A stretch of 64,000 nucleotides of DNA from the NCBI GenBank assembly GCA_040954595.2, contig CM082590.2, forward strand, positions 5,394,001 through 5,458,000. The letters run 5' to 3'. A program made the translations under genes and the position numbers. This stretch comes from Balanoglossus misakiensis (Eukaryota > Animalia > Hemichordata). Below are positions 29,401 through 43,310 of the stretch, piece by piece; the first letter of the stretch is position 1; each line of letters opens with the position of its first letter. The notes under the pieces were generated by a model. That model was not told where the DNA came from and did not search any database. It saw only the letters and a list, made by a program, of their open reading frames with translations.

Positions 29401-32400
29401 TACGTCTAACTTCAATCATGCCACTGGCCAAATAAAACCCCATACATTGTTTTGGAAGCAAGGCGGACAAAATACGGCTAGATACTAGACTAGTGTCTGC
29501 ATGGCCATGGAAAAAGTCCTCAGAAATTCGGTAGATTTTCTATTTTCTGAGAATTTCCATTTGCCAGCCAACATCATAATATTATAATGTCAATTAAATT
29601 CAAAATATAAATTCCTACATACAAACTAATAATTGGCAAATTAGCTAACTTTAGTCTTATTACACTTACCGCCGAGTTCTGAATGACACGCCGTCAAAGC
29701 CACTGGACGTCGACCTGCATACACGATCAGAATAGTCGCTGTATGACAGAGAAGACAACTTTAAAGGAACCGCATTGATAACAGCGTCACTTTGCATGGT
29801 TTATTGCTGTCCACCACTGCCTTGCACAAATGGAATTCAACCGAAACCACTCGACGTCATTTATTGCAACCAGTGTTTACCTTTACACACACACAAAACC
29901 CTGCTGTAAACTATCAGCATATAAAGTTTAAGTCTAAAGTCTTTTTCTTCTCTTTAAAATGCAAGTATGAATTTTACCAGCTATTTAGTAATGCATATTG
30001 TCCATTATTTTGTGCGTATATGCGTTGGAATGTATAAGCGTAGCGGGGGGGGGGGGGCATCTCTTAAAGATTTAATACGGTTTAATCTATTGGCTTTATG
30101 CGTATAGACTTTGACGGAAACCACTCAACACACTTAATATATAGGACAGAATGTTTGTTTAGTCGGCAGAAAAACACTCCACCACAATCATGTAACGTAC
30201 AAACATTTTTCAACCAGATCACGATAAAGTCAGGAATTATCGTGACCTACAGCTTATACAGCTGTTTGGCAAAATATTGTCGCAACAATGGCCCCTTAAG
30301 AGCACTACATCTTCTTTTTAAAATCTCGAATAAATTCAATAATCCTTGTGGCATCATTTCCAACTACCAAAACAAACTAATAATTGCAACATTAGCTAAC
30401 TTTAGTCTTGAACTCAATACACTCAACATAGATTTCTTAATAACACGCCGTCAACGCCACTGGACACCGACCTGCATACACGGTCAGAAAACTCACTGAA
30501 TGACAGAGCAAACAACTTTAAAAGAACCGCACCGATAACAACGCCGCTTTGCAAGGTTTATTGCTGTTAACACCTGCCTCGCACAAATGGAATTCAACTG
30601 AAACCACTCGACGTCATTTATTGCAACCAGTGTTTACCTTTACACACACAAAATACCCCTGCTGTAAACTATCAGCATAAACTTTGTCTAAATTTACAGT
30701 CAGTCAGGAATTATCGTGAGCTACAGGTCATACAGCTGTTTGGCAAAATATTGTCGCAACAATGGCCCCTTTAGAGCACTACATCTTCTTTTTAAAATCT
30801 CGAATACATTCAAGAATCCTTGTTGCATCATTTCCAACTTCCACAAACAAACTCATAATTGTAACATTAGCTGACTTCAGTCTTGAACTGAATACACTCA
30901 ACATATATTTCTAAATGGCACGCCGCCAAATCCACTGGACACCGACCTGCATGCACGGTCAGAATAGTCGTTGAATGACAGAGCAGAAAACTTTAAAGGA
31001 ACCGCATTGATAACAGCGTCACTATCCATGGTTTATTGCTGTCCACCACTGCCTTGCACACATGGATTTCAACTGAAACCACTCGACGTCATTTATTGCA
31101 ACTAGTGTTTACCTTTACACACACAAAATACCCATGCTGTAAACTATCAGCATAAAGTTTGTCTAAATTTACAGTCAGTCAGGAATTATCGTGAGCTACT
31201 GGTCATACAGCTGTTTGGCAAAATATTGTCGCAAACATGGCCCCTTTAGAGCACTACATCTTCATTTTAAAATCTCGAATAAATTCAAGAATCCTTGTTG
31301 CAACTCCCACAAACAAACTAATAATTGTAACATTAGCTGACTTTAATCTTGAACTGAATACACTCAACATAGAATTCTGAATGACACGCCGTTAACGCCA
31401 CTGGACACCGACCTGCATACACGGTCAGAAAACTCGCTGAATGACAGAGCAAACAACTTTGATAACAACGCCGCTTTGCAAGGTTTATTGCTGTCCACGC
31501 CTGCCTCGCACAGATGGAATTCAACCGAAACCACTCGACAACATTTATTGCAACTAGTGTTTACCTTTACAAACACAAAATACCCCAGCTGTAAACTATA
31601 AGCATAAAAAGTTTAAGTCTAAAAATGTTCTTCTCTATAAAAAACAAGTATGAATTTTATCAGCTCTCTTGTAATGCATATTATTTTGTACCTAATTATG
31701 TTGGAATGTATTAGCATAGCGGGGGGGGGGTCTTCCCTGGAATTTGGAGATATTACAAAAATGGGGACGATAAAATTCAGCACAAATGGGGGGGAGTGAT
31801 GAGGCTCTCAAATCTAGAATTTGTGAGGTTAGACATGTTCGAAGAAAGGAAATTGACACAAGACCACAATACACGCACAGATAAGAACAGCGGTATAAGA
31901 CCTAACATTGACCAGTTGTCAAAAAATGTCGGTCAATTGTATTGCTCTTATCAATAGAAAATGGCCTTCTTCTGCATCTGATTACATGTTGGAGTCAGTG
32001 AGACTCCATGTGTACCAGTGTCCTGTGTGTAACTGTTATCAGCACCGCTCAACTGCATTCAGACTTTTTAAATTAAAACTAAAACTTTGACTATTGTTCC
32101 TATTAGCCAACATCGATTGAATTGTTGTTCATATCAGCGCGTTCACACTCACTCATGTACTAAGTAAAGAAGTGTAAATGACATCCCTGTCCACACAAGA
32201 ACATAAGTTTGACCTTCCATTCATGAGGTTTCTGTGACTATTCTTTAGGTATTGTTGTTTTCGATATTCTGGTGGTTTAGTTTGAAGTTTATTGGTATAC
32301 TGTCTGTTCAGCTTGGTATGTACAGGTACGTATCAGAAGCAATTTACTTTGGGTCGTAAAGATTAAATACTGTTTGTTCTATTGGCCTTACGCGTATAGA

Positions 32401-35400
32401 CTTTGACGGAAACCACTCAACGCACTTAATATATAGCACATGGTGTTTGTTTAGTCGGCAGAAAAACACTCCACCACAATCAAGTAGCTACAAACATTGT
32501 TTTCAGCCAGATCGCGATAATCTCAGGTGAGCTACAGGTCATACAGCTGTTTGGCAAAATATTGTCGCAACCATGGCCCCTTCAGAGCAACAGTTTCTGA
32601 GTTGCCAAACGAGGCTGTGGTTTATTTCGCATGTTTTTAAAGTCTAGGGCCGGTCAAAATGTTTATATTTATTTAAACAGGAATAAACGATGTCATGTCC
32701 ACGAATACTCTTTTTCCTCAAAGAGGGCAAATCAAAATCCAAAAATATTGGGCCGTGTGTAAATGCACATTATCGTAAAGGGGCATGCATGCGATAACAG
32801 AAAAAACATGGAGACTAATGTTATAAACTAAAAAACTAATAAACTAAAAAAATCAACATCAATCTAGAATTTGTGAGCTGAGACATGTTTAAAGAAGGGC
32901 AATTGACACGTCACCCACAACAAACGCACTGATATGCACAACAGTATAAGACCCACGTTGATAAAAGTTTAGACGGTTCAGCCTAAGTTTGGATTTCTAA
33001 TCCTGTACTACTGTTGTCCTCCCTCTTGTCGCTACAAAGTCAATCGGATTCAACGCCCTCCTATGTGCAACGAAGATTAATGTTTTTATTAGTCAACTGC
33101 TTGCAACAGTATAAGACCCACGTTAGCAAATATTTTTAGGCAAACATTGGCCAGTTGGCATGAAACTGTCGATCAATTTTATTGCTCTTGTCAACAGAGA
33201 ATGGCCTTCACCTGCATCTGATTACATGTTGGAGTCAGTGAGACTCTATGTGTACCAGTGTCTAGTGTGTAATTGTTTTCAGCACTGCTCAACTGCATTT
33301 AGACTTTTTAATTGAATTTGAATATTGTTCCTAATTACCAACATCGATTGAAGTGTTGTTCATATCAGTGCATTCACACTCACTCATGTACTAAGTAAAG
33401 AAATGTAAATGACATCCCTGCCCACACAAGAACATACATGTAAGTTTGGCCTTCCATTCATGAGGTTTCTGTGACTATTCTTTAGGTATTGTTGTTCTAG
33501 GTATTTTTTTTGGATAATCCGATAGTTTACTTTGAAGTTTATTGACATGCTGTCTGTTCAGCTTGGTATGTACAGGTACGTATCAGAAGCGATTTACTTT
33601 GGGTCTTAAAGATGAAATACTGTTTGTTCTATTGGCTTTACGCGTATAGACTTTGACGGAAACCACTCAACACACTTAATATATAGCACAGGGTGTTTGT
33701 TTAGTCGGCAGAAAAACACTCCACCACAATCAAGTAGCTACAAACATTTTTCAACCAGGTCGCGTCAGGAATTATGATCGTGAGCTACAGCTGTTTGGCA
33801 AAATATTGTCGCAACCATGGCCCCTTTAGAGCAACAGTTTCTGAGTTGCCAAAAGAGGCAATGGTTTATTTCGCATGTTTTTAATTATACTAGTTTAGTA
33901 TCTAGCCGTATTTTGTCCGCTTTGCTTTCAAAATTATGTCTAGAGTCATGCATGCTACTACATGCCACTGGGCCAATAAAACCTGGGAATTGTGATGTAA
34001 CTAGCGTCCCTCTGAAGTCAATCCCAGACTGTTTTTCCTAGGATTGGACAAATGATATACATGTGTGTAATTAAGGATGGGTAAAATTTTTAATTAGCCC
34101 CACCTTCACTATAATCTAACGCCCAATCACCAGTGTTCAGTTTATATGATTGACTACAAGGGGGTGCTAGTTACATCACAACTCCTACACTATTCGAGCG
34201 CTGGCGAAATGGAACCAATCAGAACGTGCGTCTCATAAATGTATCGAAATGCAAATTTTAACCGTTACTTTGCCATGACGACCATGCCGATGGTTATTAT
34301 TTTTTTTCTACCGCAGATCGCTGTCCTGCGTGAGTGTTGGGTGATTGATGGTGATTGGCTGCTCTGTTTCGGCGATGGTGTAAATCACAGTCGAGGAGTG
34401 ACCGTGTGTAAATGCATGTGCCCGTGTCCGCTTATTATCCGGAGACTTCAGTGGAGTTGCTCATGTCTGACTGTCAAAAGGACACCGCTCGAAAAAGTAT
34501 GCAGTAAATCATGACATATTGAGTAGAATATTGTATTTCAATTTTTTTAAAAAATTGGGCCAGGACAGGCATAAATTTCAGGCCCTGTCACGAAACTGTG
34601 TCTACAGCACATTATATAGCTATGTCAGCCCAGCTGTCACATATATTGTGAAAGGCTAGCGCCATACCTGCGTCACCTTGAAGGATCTCATGTCGGGTCA
34701 GAGGTCATCATTCATTTATATTGCATGACTCAGGTCTGCCATGTTTATAGACACACTGTCAGAATGACTACAAAGTAACACGGGGATGTATTTCAACAGG
34801 TGTTTTATCTCAAGCTAGGACCTGCTGCTCATAAAAAGTTAGTTTACAACAAATCAGCGAAAGAGGTTAAATACGTGTAACCAAAAAAATTATAAATAAA
34901 ATGTCGTCATGGGAGACCGGGACTTCTCTGTTCTTTGTCACACGTTGGATAACCGCGCGTGTATTGAAAAAAAATTAACTTAAACATTAACTAGGTCGTG
35001 AGACGGATAAACGCAGGGTCTATGGACAGGTCAATCCACTTTTTGATTTCCATCCCTGTACTACTGTTGTCCTCCCTCTTGTCGCTAACGAGTCAATCGG
35101 ATTCAACGCCCTAACACGTGTAATGTAGATAAGCAATTGCTTGTAGTTATTATTGTCATAGAGAATGACCTTCATCAACACCTTCATCTGATTATATTTG
35201 GAGTCAGTGAGATTGCATGTGTACCAGTGTTAATTGTGTCATCTTTATCAGCACCGTTCATTCGCATTAATCCTTTTCGACTAGGATTTATTAAAACCGA
35301 GACCAGTATTCATAAAATTGTCAGCCAATATTGATTTTATTGCTGTTATCAGCGCTCTCTCAGTGCTACGAAGTAAAGGAGTATGGGGGATGTTTGTGAC

Positions 35401-37715
35401 ATGACCACTATAAAATGTATTCATAAATTAGACCTTTCAGCTATGATGTTTGGGACTATATGTACATCGAGAATTGTTGTTGTGGATATTCCGATCCGTT
35501 GAATCCGCTTTGAAATTAATTGTCATACAAACAATATATTCAGCTTGTAATTAGATTAAATTTAATTTAGGTCTTAATGATTAAATACATGTATACTGTT
35601 TATTGTATTGGCTTTATGGCATTCCGAAACCACTCAACACATTAAATATATAGCTCAGAATGTTTATTTAGTTGGTAGAGAAATACTCTGCCATTCAAAC
35701 ACACAATCAAGCAGGATAGAAACACTTCTCAACCAGGTCGCGATAACGTCATGATTATCATGAGCTAGAATTCGTACAGCTGTTTTGCATTCAACACATT
35801 GACGTAAACTATTCCCCACCCCTTGTACATTTTTTGCGTTGCCAGAAGAGACCATGTTTTATTTCTCATGTTTAGAATTATTCAATTATTCATCGGCCAG
35901 TTAAAGAGTTGACGAAACGGAGCCAATCAGAATGTACGTCTCACAAATGTGTTCACATATAAATTAAACCGTTACTTGTCCAGTACTATTCTATTTCGAC
36001 TGCAGATCGCTGTCTTACGTGAATGTTGCATGATTGATTTGGGGTTTTTTGCTACTCCGTTTCGGCTTTCTTGATAAGCTCAGTCGAGCAGTGATGACAG
36101 TGCTCGAACAAGTACAACGGTAAATCCTGACACGTTAAGTAGATTCATGAGTGTGAGTACACAGTAGATTGCATCGAGGACACACTGTACTGTCTACAGA
36201 ATCGCGTGTCAGAATAGTCAAGTATCTAGTATCTAGCCGTATTTTGTCCGCTTTGCTTCCAAAACTACGTACGTCTAACCACTTTGCAAAGTAAACACAG
36301 TGTCGCAATGCAATGTGAACTGCAATGTGAAGCAAATACGTCCACAAATTACAATGATCATTCATTGCAATACTGTTTTAGATGTTCAGGATATTAACTG
36401 AGAATTTCCATTAGCCAGCCAACATCATCTTTTTATAATGTCAATTAAATTCAAGAAGACTCGTGGCATCATTTCAAAATATTAATTCCTACATACAAAC
36501 TAATAATTGGCAAATTAGCTAACTTTAGTCTTATCACACTTACCGCCGAGTTCTGAATGACACGCCGTCAAAGCCACTGGACGTCGACCTGCATACACGG
36601 TCAGAATAGTCGCTGAATGACAGAGCAGACAACTTTAAAGGAACCGCATTGATAACAGCGTCACTTTGCATGGTTTATTGCTGTCCTCCACTGCCTTGCA
36701 CCAATGGAATTCAACCGAAACCACTCGACGTCATTTATTGCAACTAGTGTTTACCTTTACACACACAAAAAACCCTGCTGTAAACTATCAGCATATGCAG
36801 TTTAAGTCTAAAAAAATTTCTTCTCTATAAAATGCAGGTATGAATTTTACCAGCTGTTTTGTAATGCAAATTGTCCATTCTTTTATGCATATATGTGTTG
36901 GAATGTATAAGGGTAGCGGGGGGGGGGGGGCATCTCTTAAAGATTAAATACTGTTCAATCTATTGGCTGTATTCGTATAGATTTGGCGCAAACCACTCAA
37001 CACACTTAATATATAGCACATAATGTCTTTTAGTCGGCAGAAAAACACTCCACCACAATCAAGTAACATACAAACATTTTTCAACCAGATCGCGATAAAG
37101 TCAGGAATTATCGTGAGTTACAGGTCATACAGCTGTTTGGCAAAATATTGTCGCAACAATGACCCCTTTAGAGCACATCTTCTTTTTGAAATCTCGAATA
37201 AATTCAAGAATCCTTGTTGCACCATTTCCAACTTCCACAAAAAAACTCATAATTGTAACATTAGCTGACTTCAGTCTTGAACTGAATACAATCAACATAG
37301 ATTTCTTAATGACAGGCCGTCAACGCCACTGGACACCGACCTGCATACACGGTCAGAATACTCGCTGAATGACAGAGCAGACAACTTTAAAGAAACCGCA
37401 TTGATAACAGCGTCACTTTGCATGGTTTATTGCTGTCCACCACTGCCCCGCACAAATGGAATTCAACTGAAACCACTCGACGTCATTTATTGCAACCAGT
37501 GTTTATCTTTACGCACAGAAAAATACCCTAGCTGTAAAATATAAACATATAAACAATTTTTAAGTCTGAATTCGTTCCTCTCTATAAAGTATAAATTTTA
37601 TATCCGTCAACTGTCTTGTAATGTTAATTGTCGATTCGGGTATAGAGACATATGCTGCAATGTACTAGCGTAGCGCGGGCATGTGTCGAATTTCAGATAT
37701 AAGAAAACAACTGAG

Positions 37716-38905
37716 ATTATTATATATAATCCCATGATATTTTTATTTGTTTGAAGTCATCGTATAAGAGTGATTTTCGCTGGGATGAGCCGTGCAACTT
37801 CCAGCCGTAGGCGTAGAAGTTGTACGACTTCGCGAAAACCACGAGTATAACATGACGTCAAACAAAGAAAAACATCACGGGATTATATATTTATCACATG
37901 AACAGTCTTCTAATTTTTCGCTAGAAGAGGTAGGATAAAAATATTCCAATATCTTGCTGAAATATTCGAGCGACCTTGTAGTTTATTTAGCGGGATTACG
38001 TTCTTTCCCCTGTGCAACGATCTGTTACCCTCACAAGATATGCTAATGATGGAATCACTTTCATTCATAAAGTGAAATCGACTTTCAAGTTTTATACACC
38101 TTGCGTCTTGTCTGTAGTCAGGCGGAGTAATACACTGTTTTATAGTTGTAACGCGACACTTGTCGCACTAATACATTGTTCTTGCCCAGTGCGCTTACAC
38201 TGGACAGAAACACAATGACCGGTCGGAAATAAGTCAAATTTTGACGGGTAGTTTTGTTATACAGTTAAGTTAAACGTAGCATGACGGAGGTTTATAAAAA
38301 ACTATCAATCAGATTCGCGGAGTCAGTCACATGGGCCAACTTTGATACATTTTGCCTGTCAATCATCGTCTCGCGATGTGTACGTGTAAACACAACGTCC
38401 TAGCAAGTCATCGCGTCGAGTTCGTAGAGTTGCTGTTTGACGCTTCATGCAAAACTTTATGAAAAAAAAACACAAGTCTATTGCCATATATCCCCAAACC
38501 GTCAATGTGACAGGATATTAAAAACATTAGTCCAGGAACGGTGTTCAAGGTTGCGTTTGCGTCGGCCTGGCTAGTCAGCGCCGTTGTGTTTCCGCAGAAA
38601 TACAAGCCTCGTACAGATCTCAGCCTCGGACCCCAGACAAATGTTTTCGACTCTTTAACAAATGAACTGCGACGTTATTCCACGTGTTGTACATTTTGTT
38701 GACCGGTGGACCGAATACATAGTTTTAGTTGTCCCGTTCAGCTGACTCGAAACCATTTTCATAACTTCCGTAAGCCTAATATCAAGTCTGCTGGCTCGCT
38801 CGGGACCAGGCTCGCTAGCTGCAAGCACACATCCACGATCGTAGCGTCGACTTTTCAAATTCTACCTTTCTCATATTGATTTTACCCAGCGATATTCTCA
38901 TGGAA
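37716..38905. mobile_element. Hairpin-ended non-autonomous element
   Basis: Imperfect hairpin ~37722-37890 centred on GCCGTAGGC. It interrupts an array unit that is continuous at ~25950-25990. Confidence 0.6.
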
Positions 38906-39763
38906 CCGTCATTTCACAGCACAAAGAGGGAACTGAAGAGGCTCATTAATCAAGAATTTGTGAGGCGAGACATGTTTGAAGGGCAATTGACACATGACCC
39001 ACAACACACGCACTGATAAGAACAACAGTATCAGACCCACAATGACAAACAGTTTTAGACAGGTCAGGCCAATTTTTGACCATGTTGTCCCCTCTTTGGG
39101 CGCACACCAAGTCAACCAGATACAACGCCCTCACATGTGCAACGAATGTAAATGTTTTTGTTAGGCAACTGCTTGCAGAATCTGGCCTACACCTTCATCT
39201 GAATACATTTGGAGTCAGTGAGACTCCATGTGTGCCAGTGTTAATTGTGTCATATTTATCACCACCGTTCATCCACATTAGTACTTTTGACTAAAATTGA
39301 TTAAAACATAGACCAGCCACTATTCATTCTTATCAGCGCTCTCCCACTGGTACTAAGTAAATGAGTATGGAGGACATCCGTTCCATCACATTACCACTAC
39401 AAAATTAATTCATATATTTGACCTTCCAGCTATGATGTTTTGGACTATATACATCAAGTATTGTTTTTGTTGATATTCCAATCTGGTGATTTGTTTTTGA
39501 ATTACTTGTCATACAGCCTATTCAGCTTGTAATCAGAAGCAACTTACGCTAGGTCTTAAAGATTAAATACTGTTTGTCCTATCAGATTTATGGCATTTGA
39601 AACCACGCAACACATTCAATATGTAGCTCAGAATGTTTGTTTAGTTGGTAGAGAAATACTCCACCATTCAAACACACAATCAAGCAGTATAAAGAAACAC
39701 TTCTCAACCAGATCATGATAAAGTCAGGATTATCATGAGCTAGAATTCAAACGGCTATTTGCC

Positions 39764-40139
39764 ATGGATTTACAACAACAAACACAAAGTTGGGTTCGGC
39801 AGTTAAGGCAGTGATTTATTGAACAATAAACTGTCAACAGTAAAGAAGTACACCAAATATCATAGACGAGGAACCAGAAAAGGATTAGCAAGCTGAAGGA
39901 AACAGGCAGAGAGAAAACCACAAACGACATGGAAATGAGCATGAGAAAGTGGGAACAAACAAGATGGGGATGAGGTGGATAGGTGACAAAATGAAACAGC
40001 TCCCAAGATGGCTGGAAGCCAACGTGAGGCTTATCTTACTGAGATGTGATAGAGGGCACTAGACCAAGCTGATGATGTTGCGATATATACTAGTATTGAG
40101 AATATGGAACAGAGTTGTAAATTACACAAAATTATTACA
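39764..40139 (-). mobile_element. Possible solo LTR inserted in an array unit
   Basis: Foreign ~375 bp. The minus strand begins TG, ends CA, and has a TATA-like run and AATAAA. The TSD is not clean. Confidence 0.3.
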
Positions 40140-41356
40140 CCAATACATCGTCTTAAACCACGGCCCCTTTACGGCAACATTTTCTGCGATGCCAGAATAG
40201 GCGGTGGTTTTATTCGCAGTTTTATAATTATTAATCGGTCAGTTCCAGCACTGGCGAAACTGCGTCTCATTAATATATCCTCATGAAAATTAAACTGTCA
40301 CTTTGCCTACAGCCGAGTATTTTGATTTATACTTCAGATCGCTGTCCTGATTGAGTGTTGGGTGATTGATGGTGATTCGCTGCTCTTTTTCGGCCTTTGT
40401 GTAAATCACAGTCGAGGAGTCGAGTAGTGACCGTGTGTTTATGCATGTGTTCGTGTCCGCTTATTATCCGGAGACTTCAGTGGAGTCGCTCAGGTCTGAC
40501 TGTCAAAAGGACACCGCTAGCACAAGTATGCAGTAAATCATGACAGGTTAAGTAGCTCCATGAGTAAACACAAGTACTACATTAGATTACATCTGAAACA
40601 CATTGCACTGACTACATGATCATGTGTCTGCATGGCCACACAATTGTCAATTTACATACATGTAAAAACGAATAACCTTGAAACGTTGAACACACATGAA
40701 ACATACGTAGTGCATGGAAAAGCTAAAACAACTTCATTTTGGCTAATTGTAATCAACAAAATCACGAAATGGTGAAATAGTGAAATGATTAAATAAAGTA
40801 ACCGAACAATGGAGAACTTTATAAACAAAGAGAGAAATAAAGCCGAGAAACAACAAAACGGACGGTCGACAGGATGCACTGTATTTAACTCTTGCCATCG
40901 TCCCCTTATACAGCGCCCCCATGTGGCTAAGGGAATTGAAAGAAATTACAGGGTGTGTGAAGAACAGGCTCCATGGATAATTAAAACACCCGCACAGTAA
41001 GCACAATTTCTGGATGCAGGAGGAAAATAGAACAAAAGAATAATCATTAATCATATGATGAAAATCCGACATGTCTAGATATTCTCGTCAAACCAACCCA
41101 TCCACATAATAAACCGACTGAGCTTTGCATGTTCACACAATTGAGTGCAAAGAAAGCTAACAGAAGACCGGTAGATACTGTAAGTGTTGACTCAAAGCGT
41201 TGGACACAAGGACCGAACCTTACACCGAAATTCTCATACTGAATGTGATAACATATACATGTACCACTCCCATTCATGTGAATTGGAATATATACGAACA
41301 GAACAATATTAAAACACCCACATTTAGAAACATTTAGACATTTTGTACGCAGCAAA

Positions 41357-41917
41357 TGTTGAATGACGTGAAATGTGTGTTATTGAATTGCTATTCCATG
41401 TGAATTATTATTTTGCATGGTGTTTTTCTTTGGCTTCATTTGCGTGGTGGTGTTGCCATGGTGACCATTACTGGGCTGACTTGTCTGGCAAGCTAGAGAT
41501 GGAGGGGTTTCCCCATCTCTCCCCTGGTGAATCAATCACCAATCAGAAGTGCGTTCTGGGTCACGTGATGAGCCTGTCTATCATGTATATTTGAGGGGGG
41601 AATTAGCGTGGATCTGTTGAAGGAGGAACCTCAAGTTTCAGTTGTGTGCAACTTTACCTGATTAGTCCAGTTTTATCCCTATCGGTTAGCCAGCCCCGGG
41701 TCACCGATCGGAGATCTAAGACGTGTTTACCTTAGCAGCTCGGTGTGGGCCGGTATCTTCATCAAGACGCCTGCTTTCCGCGTTCTGACGAGTTCTGACC
41801 GCTGTGTTTAGAGACAGCGCTGTTTGTGAGAGGCTCACTCCGGTCCGCCTGCGCCCTACCAGTTTTCCGAGGTATACCGTTCGGGTTTCCGTCACAATTG
41901 GTGGCATCTTCGGGATT
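41357..41917 (+). mobile_element. LTR end followed by a tRNA primer-binding-site-like sequence (truncated LTR retrotransposon)
   Basis: ...CCGTCACA (ends 41896), then AT, then TGGTGGCATCTTCGGGATT (41899-41917), which has the TGG-start, GGGAT-end form of a PBS. The LTR start is uncertain. Confidence 0.4.
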
Positions 41918-41971
41918 GTTAGGGCAACTTTGGTTCAGCTAAGCCCCTTTCGAATATTCGCTAAGGTCTGG

Positions 41972-42053
41972 ATCATCATCATCAATCATCAATCGAAGGG
42001 ATTTATAGAGCGCCAAACTCCACTGCAATAGTGTTCAATGGCGCTTTACAATG
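41972..42053 (-). mobile_element. LINE (L2/CR1-like) 3' tail
   Basis: The minus strand reads TGTAAAGCGCCATTGAAC...GGCGCTCTATAAAT followed by a (GAT)n-like tail, the stem-loop plus short-repeat tail typical of L2-type 3' ends. Confidence 0.5.
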
Positions 42054-43211
42054 TCAAAAATCCACGTTGTTTTCAACAGTAACGTTGATTCCCGGGTTCG
42101 AGAGAACAGACGCAAATTCTGCTGTCATTTCTGGGTCGAAGTAGACATTTGATCGTTTCCCCAGGGACAGTTGGTCGAAATACTACGGATGAACGTGATA
42201 TCGGTAGACAGTGAGATACAGTGGAACGATCAATTTGTGATATGGCACAACAACTTCAAACATTTATACAAACGTTTGGGGAAATGGAGTGACCGTGGTT
42301 GAAACAAGTTTAGTTTGTGTCCATAGTACGCCTAAGTGACGTACCAATGACTGGTGCGCCCTCAACGGTCGATTATTTTGTCGCAAGGTAAATTAACCAA
42401 CGTTATGGTACAGATTCTCACACTCCAGATTTTTCTCACACTCCAAATCGATCCCACACTCTGTGTTAATGCGCACACAGACAACTGTTATCTGACACGA
42501 GCTCTGATTGGATAATGATATTCGTACCCCTCAGAACGAGCAAATATTCTCGTGTGGGACAAAAAATCCCCAACTGGTGTGAGAAATATGATCCCAGGTC
42601 CTTGGGAGTGTGAGATTCTATTTTTCCCTTTGACTGTTGAGGGTTTACTGAAGCTAGAAGAGAAAGCTTCTTTCTCCAAAAGAACTTGCAACTGGACACC
42701 AAAGTACAAATTATTATACAAAGAATTTAATGGATTGATTTTACGTTATTCACCTCAACATGAGTAAATTGAAAGGTATAGAAAGTTCAAGTGCGAAGGA
42801 AGAACCACACATCCGAGAGGGCAGTAAAGAACATTCTACAAACATTACTCTGTAGTGAGAGGACAGATAAACTGCAAACACCTTTACAGTGTATGTCCCC
42901 TGACGTTTTATTACTTAGTATATTTTCAAACTAGTTGGAAAATGCCTCGCCCCTTCATCCAGAGAGCAGAGATTCTTCTCTGTCCATGTTATGCCAGACA
43001 GCTGATACGTCACCCTATTAACAGAATCCGGCGCAACCCACCAGATAATGGTGCAATCCAAGCTGCCTCTGCCGTCCCTTCACTATAACCGACTACAGAA
43101 TGACAATCAAAAATGCTTCACCGATAACACTTTTGAGTGTATTGGTCAAAGAGGTTCTACATAAATGTTTTAAGTGGCTCTTCTTCGAGATGGAATGGTT
43201 TTGTGTGAATA

Positions 43212-43310
43212 TAGTCTCTGTTACCCAGACCCCCCTGCTTCTTCCGTTGGGCACTCCAAAAAGAGGAGAGCCCAACGGAAGAAGCAGGGGGGTCTGGGTA
43301 ACCGAGACTA
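43212..43310. mobile_element. 99-bp TIR-only derivative of the 16181 MITE family, 9-bp TSD
   Basis: TAGTCTCTGTTACCCAGACCCCCCTGCTTCTTCCGTTGGGC...GCCCAACGGAAGAAGCAGGGGGGTCTGGGTAACCGAGACTA, with GTGTGAATA at 43203-43211 and 43311-43319. Confidence 0.9.

Larger units (their letters stand above)
1..40640. repeat. Complex modular tandem repeat array (higher-order repeat), open at the left edge
   Basis: A few 0.2-0.7 kb modules recur in shuffled order. The GACACGCCGTCAAAGCCACTGGACGTCGACCTGCATACACGG module is at ~480, 6218, 7720, 8183, 11736, 19131, 21841, 25587, 26749, 29685, 31383, 36560 and elsewhere. The AAACCACTCAACACACTTAATATATAGCAC module is at ~915, 3006, 4228, 6638, 7403, 12168, 30118, 32410, 33660 and 36990. 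Long near-identical blocks: 1..1095 vs 29208..30300; 341..2160 vs ~11577..13430; 4675..6175 vs 9710..11165 vs 27600..29130 vs 34530..36000. Confidence 0.95.

Noticed and set aside
587-40286. Dozens of 60-144 aa ORFs repeated across the array
   Set aside because: They recur only because the DNA is repeated; copies differ by frameshifts and stops and show no recognisable domain.
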